DNA of 64,000 nt from the human T2T-CHM13v2.0 reference genome, Homo sapiens: NCBI RefSeq assembly GCF_009914755.1, contig NC_060929.1; one strand, written 5' to 3'. Made by a program: the position numbers and the translations under genes. A model generated the notes under the pieces. It was not told the origin of the DNA and did no database searches. It was given only the letters and a program-made list of their open reading frames with translations. Shown here piece by piece: positions 54,713 through 64,000 of this stretch (within the stretch, counting starts at the first letter, position 1; each line of letters opens with the position of its first letter).

Positions 54713-55164
54713 ATAACCAAGGAGACAAAGCAAAGATGTTTATCATAAAGGAAGAGAAAACCACCAGGAATCCTTCACTGAGAAGAAATCGTGGTGAGCT
54801 ACCATGTCTTGACACTTCTATATCAGAGCCACCTTGTTTTGGGGTGGGTGCTCAGAAACCTCTTTCTCATCTTCAAAGGCAAGTCAAGATTTCTTCTTCT
54901 ATCTATATATTTCTTTTTAACTTTTTACTGTTATAACATTAAAGACATTTTGAAAACATAAAAAGGCAATCTATGATACCATCATAACAAAGCAGCTTTC
55001 ATGTATTCATCTTTCCTTTGAGTTTTTATTCATAAGAAGACATAGTTTTCACACAGTTGCAACCAAAGTATATACGCTATTTTACTGGCTTGATTTTTAC
55101 ACTTACTATTATATTATAACCATTTTCTATGCTACTGAAGATCTGAATATTTTTGTAATATTAA

Positions 55165-55285
55165 TAACAGCTAGCATTTATTGAGAGTTTGCTATGTGCC
55201 TGGCATTGCTCTCAACACTGGTATTGTCTTGTTTTATCTGCACAATAACTTTTTAGAGTGTGTCCTATTATTATTTCCATTTTGT
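55165..55285 (-). mobile_element. MIR SINE relic
   Basis: TAACAGCTAGCATTTATTGAGAG..TGCTATGTGCCTGGCATTG. Confidence 0.7.
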
Positions 55286-55599
55286 TCTATTTTCTCTTCT
55301 GGACAAGGCACTTGCACCTGCACACTATATGTATGAACACAAAGTTGATTGTTGATATTGACTGACACAACTCATATACCCATCAATAATGGAATGCGTG
55401 AATAAAGTATGATACATCTAGTCTGTGTGCACTATACTGCTATTAAAAATAAGTACGTGAAACTATATAAGAAGATATGGAAAAAATATTAAGTGAAAAG
55501 AGAATCAGAAAAATATGTTTATTATGATCCCATTAATGCTTATTTTAATAAATCATGCATAGCTACATTAAGGAAAGCCACATACTATTTTATTCTATT

Positions 55600-55850
55600 T
55601 CTCTGAAATGTCTGGCCCACACAAATCCCTAGTGACAGAAAGTAGATTAATGGTTGACAGAGGCTGGGGAGAAGGGGAAATGGAGAGTGACTACTAACAG
55701 GCATGAGGTTTCTTTGAGGGTGATAAAGATGTCTGAAAATTAGACAGTAGTTATGGCTGGTTGCTCAACTTTGTGAATATACTAAAACCCACTCAGCTGT
55801 ACACTTTAAAATGGTTAATTTTATGGTATGTGAGTTATGTTTCAATAAAT
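55600..55850 (+). mobile_element. L1MB-type 3' end
   Basis: GACAGAAAGTAGATTAATGGTTG...TTGTGAATATACTAAAACCCACT...TACACTTTAAAATGG...TCAATAAA. Confidence 0.88.
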
Positions 55851-56489
55851 AATATGTTTTTAAAATAACTGAAGAAAAAAGTCTTATCATATATACGCAT
55901 GTATTTGAGTAAAGAAAGAGGATAAAACGATGCACAGAAAATTGGTAGTGGTAGAAGAAAGAAGAGGTGGAAATATGTAAGACAATAAAGGGAGTTTCTT
56001 TCTGCCTAGTTCTATTTCATTTGAATCATATGATTTGATACAATTACAATTTTATTTCTTGTATTATTTAATATAATAAATTAGATTTAAAATAATTATA
56101 ATAAAATTTAAAACTTCAAATCAAGTAAGTAAAATTATAATAAAATATTATAAATTAAAATCAAGTAAGTAAAATGGGCCCTAATATTTAATTTTTGTTA
56201 GCTAACCAAAGTGCTAAGATCAATACTATCAACAGATGTAATATAAATGAGAGGATTGCAGGGTAGTGTTTCTCCTTCTTAGTTCATTTGTCCTTCAGAG
56301 GCTGAGTATTTTCTTCTCCATGGTAAGAATAACTTTTCTGGATTCATAATGGGTTTTGACATTATACTACATTAAAAATATATATAGCTACTGTCGACTC
56401 TTAAATAGTCACCCTGGAGAGTGACAGTAAGGATAATTGAAGTTCGTGGAAAGCAAAGAACAAATCTGACACTGCTATATTTTCTTATT

Positions 56490-57424
56490 TTTGTTTCATC
56501 CAAGAATGCAAAATAAAATGCTCAAATGCAACAGTGAAAAAGTAGAGGCATTATCTGTAGATTACATATGGTCATCTACTTAGGAAAAACAACAGAATCT
56601 AGAGACAAGCTATTAGAAAAAATAAGAGCTTAGCAATGATGCTGATATATGATTGACCTACAAAAATCAATAGTATTCCTCAACACCAGCAATAACTAAT
56701 TAGAAAATATAATAAAAAATAAAATAAGCAACAAACTATGAAATATCTAGGAATTAACCTAAGTGACAAAACTGAATATCTCTCCAGAAAACAATCCTAA
56801 AATCTAATAAAGAATGTAAAAGATGATTAGAATAAATGGAAAGATCTTCCATGACTTGAATAAAATTAATAATAATTTTCAAGACATAAATTTTCCGATA
56901 ACTAATGTATAAATTCCCAGTCAAATTTCAACTTGAATGCATTTGAGAAATTTATCATATTTGCTCTAAAATTTACAGGGAAGAATAAAGACCCATGCTT
57001 AGCTAAGTAAACCATAAAACAAAAAACTAAAAAGCAAGCTTCTAGATATTAAGATATATTTATTAAGCCATAAAAATTAACAAATAGACCAACGGAACAG
57101 AATAAATAGCAGAGAAACACACTAGTGTGTTTGAATACTTGACATATGACAAAATGCAAATAATTAAGAAAAGATTTGATTGTTTAAGAGAAGGTATTGG
57201 AAAAAATGTTTATTACATGGAGAAAAATATAACTGGTTTCCTCCATAATATTACATGAAAAGGGCCACTCTTGATAAGTGTAAGATGTGAGGGTAACAGG
57301 TAGAACCATAAAGTTAACTGAGGAAAATGTCTTGGACTTTATAAATAAATAAAATAAAAGCATACACTATATGGGAAAAAGAAGGTGACTGATTTGATGG
57401 CATCAAATGTAAAGAGTTCTGCTT
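56490..57424 (+). mobile_element. Old L1M ORF2 (RT/C-terminal) fragment
   Basis: CTATTAGAAAAAATAAGAG...CAAAAATCAATAGTATTCCT...GAAATATCTAGGAATTAACCTAA...AATAGACCAACGGAACAGAATA. Confidence 0.8.
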
Positions 57425-57905
57425 TCTGGGTATCCTGAGGATAATGATGGCCATCTAAATCTGAATCACTTGACAACATTTCCAAACCATAAAGATTAAC
57501 AAAAGTACAAATAAAACCACAGGAGACACAAACCTTCAGGATAACTGGAAGACAGAGAACACTAGCTCCCCCTGAAGGCATTTGTAGAGAATGTGGGAAG
57601 TCCAGGAAAACTGTGGGAAGAGAAAAGGGGGAGTAGCATGTCTAAGATTAAATTAAAATCACCCTGAGAAAGAGAAGGCCTATACTAATCATGAAAAAAT
57701 TTAACAAGAAGAGTGACTGCAGGCTTTAAGATGTGTAGGACTCAAGGTGGCGGCCTCAGAAGGGCACAATAACTTGAGAAAAAGACAGTATAAAGAAAAA
57801 CACTTCGGAGTCTTGATGGTGAAGAGAAGCATGTAAAAGAAACAAAATCCTACAAGACAAAAGGTAGTAAAAATATTGGGAGATAAATGGTAACTTTCCC
57901 ATTAC

Positions 57906-57928
57906 GAGAGAGAGAGAGAGAGAGAGAG
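57906..57928. repeat. (GA)n microsatellite
   Basis: Direct reading. Confidence 0.95.
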
Positions 57929-59261
57929 GGAATACATACATATGTGCATGCATACATATATTTATACATAATGACAGATCGATATCCATTGAAGAAGCTC
58001 CACTTCATTACACAGATAGAAGAGGGATCTCTTGAATTAAATGCTTATAGTCTCCCCGGATTGCCAACCTGATACACAAAATAAAGACTGAAAAAGAATC
58101 TACATTTATACAAACCTACCGGAAGGATAAAATGGAAACCTAAAATTGAAACATTCAAAATGATAAAATTCCTCCCCCTCCAACCTCCAAAACAACTACA
58201 AAGCCAAAGAAACTATAGTGCAATACCCCAAACTAAATCCAGTGTCTTCAAACAAGTATGTAGGAATATGAAAAACACCTTAAATCAGATCATCAAAATC
58301 TAAGGAACAGAAATGTACATAAAACAGAAAGAAATTAAGTAAGAGTTGATTGAAAAAAAGAAATCTTCTCAGAAAAATGAAAAATTAAATTACAAATTAC
58401 CCAAGGAATATTATATGCAAATGAACATGTGATAAGAGGAAATGAAGAAAAGCAGAAAAATGAGACAATAAAAATAAAACATTAAAAGGGTCTAAAAGGA
58501 AGTGATTTAAATGAAGGACAAGCAAAGAAGATCCAATTACATGTAATTGAACTCTCTGAAAAAGAAAAAAGAATGTAATAGAACTAATATTTTAAAATAT
58601 AATTTCAGAAAATGTTCAGGAAATTACAGAAAATCTAAATCCACATACTAAATGGGCCCACCAGATACTTGAGAAAATTCACCCTCAGTAGTCAACCCTC
58701 AGATATATTCCAGTAAAATTATGAGACATTAAAGATAATTTTAAAAAAAAAACCTCAGGTCTCCCAGAAGGGAAAAAAAAATCTTACAATGGCAACAGAA
58801 TTGTTAGCATCAGACTTCTCAAGAGCAACATACAGATCAAGGCAAGAAGCAAGCAGTATTTGCAAGAAATTCAAGAGGAAAAAAAATGTGAACCAAAGAT
58901 TTTATATTCAGCTAAGCTGTTCTTCAAGATCAAGGTCTAAAAAGATAAATAAATAAAAACTAGTTTTACATATGTAAAAACTTGGAGAGTCCTGTATTCA
59001 TGACTCCTTCTTGAAGAAACTACTAAAGGACTAGTTTCATCCATCCATGTTATCACTGTGAAAATTTAGGTAAAAGGGTTAATAGTGAGGACTTAATACA
59101 TATAATTTTAGATTTAAGACTAAAACAGAAATAGAGACAAAGGTAGAAAAATAACATAAAATGTCAAATGCTCCCATAAAATAAAAATAATCTGAAAAAA
59201 AAGTGAAAGAAAAGGGAGAGGGGAATTGGAAAGGAGAATAAATGCATTGATTGTTGTATAG

Positions 59262-59748
59262 AAGCAGTTCTCAAATGTTTTGGCCTCTGAAATCTTTTAC
59301 ACTTCTAAGCTTTTTGAGGACCTCAGAAAGTTTTTGTTTATGTGAGTTATATCTATTATGAAGTAGATATATCTGCCATATTAGAAATTAAATTTGAAAG
59401 GTTTTAAAATATTTTTTATTTTAAAATAATAAACCCATTACATAATATAAAACTTTTTCCAAAAAATATAGCAGCAAGAATTATTTCACATTTTTGCAAA
59501 TCCCTTTAAGGTCTGTCTTAATAGAAGACAGCTAGATTTTCATATGTGTTTCACACTTTCATTAGCCATCAGAGCAATGATATCATCACTTACCATATAG
59601 CCTCTGGAAAACTTTCACACGCATTCATGAGAAAAGGATAGTAGAAAAGTGAAATGATGTCTTAGTATTATTATGAAAATAGTTTTGATCTCACAGATTC
59701 CATGAAAGCGTTTCAAGGATCCCCTACTGAACATTTTGAGAACAGCTA
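59262..59748. mobile_element. hAT DNA transposon fossil (Arthur1/MER69-like) inside L1
   Basis: TIR-like AAGCAGTTCTCAAA ... TTTGAGAACAGCTA. Perfect 8-bp TSD TTGTATAG at 59254-59261 and 59749-59756 (8 bp is the hAT hallmark). Confidence 0.85.
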
Positions 59749-60664
59749 TTGTATAGATCAAGGGGAGGAGTCAAGGGTATGTCAGAAACTGGCAAGCCAG
59801 AGAATAAAGGCTAACCAGCAGACAAGGGAATTTTTAAAAGGTGTAAATACAAATGTTATCACTAAATACCTAATCCTAATACCAAAAGAAATTTTAAAAA
59901 TTAAAGAGCAAAGCAAACACATCATATAGAGAAACAGAAAATGTAATAAAATCACATAGTAATTTTATAAAAACTACAACTGAAATAAAGTGACAGAGTA
60001 TAGATCAAACATAACAAGGATATTAGTTAATTGTGGATTGGCTTAACTCATCTTCTAAAATAAAAATATTTCTGAATTAACTCACCAACAGGTATCAAAG
60101 CCAGGATGTATATAAGACCCACACCTAAAAACAGTGATTCAGAAGAGCTAAATCTAAAGGGATGGACACAGACATAACAGGAAATAGAATTAATAAGAAG
60201 GCAGGGTTTGCAATCCTGACATAAGACAAGGTAGAATGCCAACCAGAAAAACCTTTTAATGTAACAAAAAAGCACTTTAATGTTAAAATCTGTAATTCAA
60301 AATAGAGATAAAACATTTAGGAATATTTATGCACCAAATAACAGAGCAACCACCTGCATAAAGCAGAAACTGTAGGAGAAGCAAGCAGAAATATACAGAA
60401 GCACGCTAAAAATAGACTTTAGTATCCTACACCAGGTCAAGTAGACAAAACATTGATAGACTTAAACAGCATTCTCAATAAGACAGATCTTACAGATCTT
60501 ATAGAAATGTATCAAACATTAAACCCTGATAATAGAAAATACATTTTCCTCTTTAGCACACATGGAGCATTTACAAAATTGATCAAGTATTAGGTAAAAA
60601 AAAATCGGTAAGTCACAAGGAGAAGAAATATTACCGACAACACTCTCAGATTATAATACAATAA

Positions 60665-60895
<231 letters not shown>

Positions 60896-60914
60896 ACCAG
60901 TATCAAATTAATAA

Positions 60915-61208
<294 letters not shown>

Positions 61209-63005
61209 CCAAATTAATAATTTATTTTAAAAAATACAGTTTACCAACATTGACTAAAGTAGAGTTTAGAAAACTTAAACCAACTTTTATAGAAAAAACA
61301 TTGTATCAAGGCTATACCCCCCAAAAAGGTACCAGGAGCAGAAGTTTTCACAAGGAAATTTGACCAAACTATCAATAACCAGAGAGACCCGATGTTACAA
61401 AAATTGTTTCAAAACATAAAACATGAAGGAAAATTGTCAAAAATCATTGTATGAAGCAAGTATAATATTGATACCTAAATTTGATTGTCAAAAATTTAAA
61501 TAAAATTACAGACCAATATAGCTTATAAATACTAATGCAAAAATAGTAAATATTTACAAGCAAATAGAATTCATCACCATACTGTGAAAATAATACATAA
61601 TGACCAAGCAGAGTTTATTCCAGGAATGCAATGTATCATAAATATAAGAAATTCATGAATATAAAGTAAGCACACAAACACACCATGATTCTGTAGCCAC
61701 AGTTTTATTTTATACAAAAACACTACAGAAACGTGCAAGACTTGTACCAAATATCCTATTGGGTGCACAGACCAGGACTATTCAATGTAGAGAGGTCTGT
61801 ACAAAGGAGTAATTACATGGAGATGGGATTATTGAGACCATTTTGGAACGTTTGCAAAACGTATCACAGATAAAAAGCTATTATCTTTAATATATTTAAC
61901 AACTTAAAAGGGGGAAATAACTAAAGCCTTAATAAAACAATGAGTTAAAGGCACAAGCCAAAAATTCATTAAAAAGGCATACAATAGTCCTTAATCATAT
62001 GAAACTATTTTAATTTTACTCATAATAAAAGAAATGCAAATAAAATGACACTGAGATACCATTTCTCTTCTATCACATTGGCAAAAAGTTTAAAAGCTTG
62101 GCAACACATTCTGTTGGCAAGGCTTGTGAGGCACTCTCATTCATTGCTGGTGGGAATGTAAATGACACAACTCTTACGTTGGGGGAATTTGGCAATCTCT
62201 AACAAATTGTATGTGCATTTTTCTTACAACTCAGCAATCTCAAATCTAGAAACTTACCCTGAATATATATCTCCAACAATAAGAAAAGACATTTGCATTA
62301 GGTTATTCATAGCAGCCTTATTTATAAATGCAAAATATTGGAAGTGACCTAAATATCTATATATAAAAGATTGATCAAGTAAATTCTGATGCATACACAC
62401 AATGGAATGCTATGCATTTGTAATAAAGAATAAAGGATAGCTCTATGAGCTAATATGAAATAAGTTCAGCATATATTGATAAGTGACAAATGCAACATGC
62501 AAATATACATATATTTCAAACATGTCTATGTAAAAGTAGTTAATTACAAAGGGAAAAATGGTTATCGGCAGACTCGCCTTAACCAAGTGACCTAGGTTAA
62601 CAGCTTCAGTAACGGTATAAATTGGTATCATGGTCCCCTTGATATGATGTTCTGAGACCACAATATTATCTTTATATTTCTGCCAAAAAATTATGATCAT
62701 AAAAAAATCAGACAAACCTAAACTTAGAAGCCATCTACAAAATAAAACGTTAAAGACATGAAAAATAAAGAATCCTGAGGGTCTGAGATAATGAAAGGAA
62801 ACAAAAGAGGCTTAAGCAGAATCCTGAATTGAAGGGAGAAATATCAATCTATAATACCAATATTAAGGTGATTGGCAAAAGTTGAACATAGATAATGGAT
62901 TAGATAATAATACTGAATCAATGTTAAACATCCTGATTCCATACTTATACTTTTGTTATTCCTCGTTGATGTTTTTAGGGAAAACACTGAAATAACAAGA
63001 AGTAA

Positions 63006-63010
<5 letters not shown>

Positions 63011-63066
<56 letters not shown>
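63011..63066. repeat. (TA)28 pure microsatellite
   Basis: 56 nt of uninterrupted TA. Confidence 0.97.
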
Positions 63067-63068
<2 letters not shown>

Positions 63069-63183
63069 GCCTGTAACTTACTTGCAAACAGTTCTTTAAA
63101 AGTATAAAAAATGAATGTATGTGTATACATATTACATATATAATATATATAATATAAAATATTATATATTATATATATATGTA

Positions 63184-63461
63184 ACAGGGTCTTGTTTTGT
63201 CACTCAGGCTGGAGTGAAGTGGCATGATCATGGTACACCATAGCCTTGACCTCCAGGCTCAAGCAATCCTCCCACCTCAGCCTCCAGAGTAGCTGAGACC
63301 ACAGATGCACACCACTAAGCCTAGCTAATTTTTTAAATTTTTGTAGAAATGAGGTCTCACTATGTTACTTAGGCTGGTCTCATACTCCTGGACCAAAATG
63401 ATCCTCCCACATCAGCCTCCCAACGTGCTGGGATTAGAGGTATGAACCACCACTCCCAGCC
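63184..63461 (-). mobile_element. Alu (AluJo-like), tail replaced by AT-rich repeat
   Basis: ACAGGGTCTTG...CAGGCTCAAGCAATCCTCCCACCTCAGCC...GAGGTCTCACTATGTT. Confidence 0.92.
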
Positions 63462-63475
63462 AACAAATACTTTTT

Positions 63476-63880
63476 AAATGTGGATCTCTGTTTGACAATA
63501 ATATGAACAAAGTAAAGTACTTGAAATGTCTAAAATTCATAAGTTATTGACTGTATGTGAAAGGAATTCAAAGCAACAAGAAAAGAGCAATCCCAGTAGA
63601 ATAAAAGACAAAAGCAATTTACAGAGGAGGAAACCCCAAAAGTTATCAAACATAATAAGGTGCTCAGAATCATCGTTAATTTGATAAATTCACATTTAAA
63701 AAACAATGAGACAGCACTTCACCTCTAACTCACAAACATTAGAAGTCTGAATAATTCTTGGAGTTGGTAGAAATGTAGGGATGTAAACCTTTAAGCATTG
63801 CTAACAGGTATACATGGAATAGAAACCAGTATAGCCATTCCAGATAACAAATGAGCACTACTTCATTAACTTAAATATAT
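63476..63880 (+). mobile_element. Old L1M ORF2 C-terminal fragment
   Basis: AAGCAATTTACAGAGGAGGAAAC...TGCTCA...AAAACAATGAGACAGCACTTCAC...GTTGGTAGAAATGTAGGG. Confidence 0.7.
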
Positions 63881-63886
63881 GTCTGC

Positions 63887-64000
63887 TGTTAAAAAATAAA
63901 AAAGTCACTGGATATATTTAAAATGACAAGAAAGACCTTATTCAATACTATTGCAATAGCACAGAGAGGCTGAATTCAACTCCACTGAAACAAAAGGCAG
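63887..64000. mobile_element. End of an ERV1-class LTR (MER31/MER67-like), cut by window edge
   Basis: TGTTAAAAAA...AAGACCTTATTCAATACTATTGCAATAG...GAATTCAACTCC. Confidence 0.5.

Overview
This is primate (human-like) nuclear DNA, AT-rich and CpG-poor, either intergenic or deep intronic. I cannot support any protein-coding exon, RNA gene, CpG island or CRISPR array, and I do not recognise the locus. Most of the window is decayed interspersed repeat: 17 Alu copies or fragments (J, S and Y/Sc types, many with readable target-site duplications), three large old L1M blocks on the + strand (about 11.4-16.1, 49.6-52.4 and 55.6-63.9 kb), a short L1PA 3' end, solo MaLR/ERV LTRs, hAT DNA-transposon fossils, and many MIR and L2 relics and microsatellites. 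The supplied ORFs are Alu-derived, microsatellite-derived or chance ORFs. I found no new multi-gene system. The most unusual sequence is a ~640 bp TA-rich template-switch scar in an old L1 (51726-52362), built from inverted and triplicated copies of its own flanks. Also notable are a small duplication-inversion-duplication 1 kb away (53321-53427), a head-to-head Alu pair 39 bp apart, a probable L1-in-L1 nesting, and weak signs of minus-strand transcription (A-run skew, L1 orientation, candidate exons, an ETS cluster near 38.3 kb). Repeat subfamily names come from remembered consensus sequences, and the boundaries of old elements are approximate.
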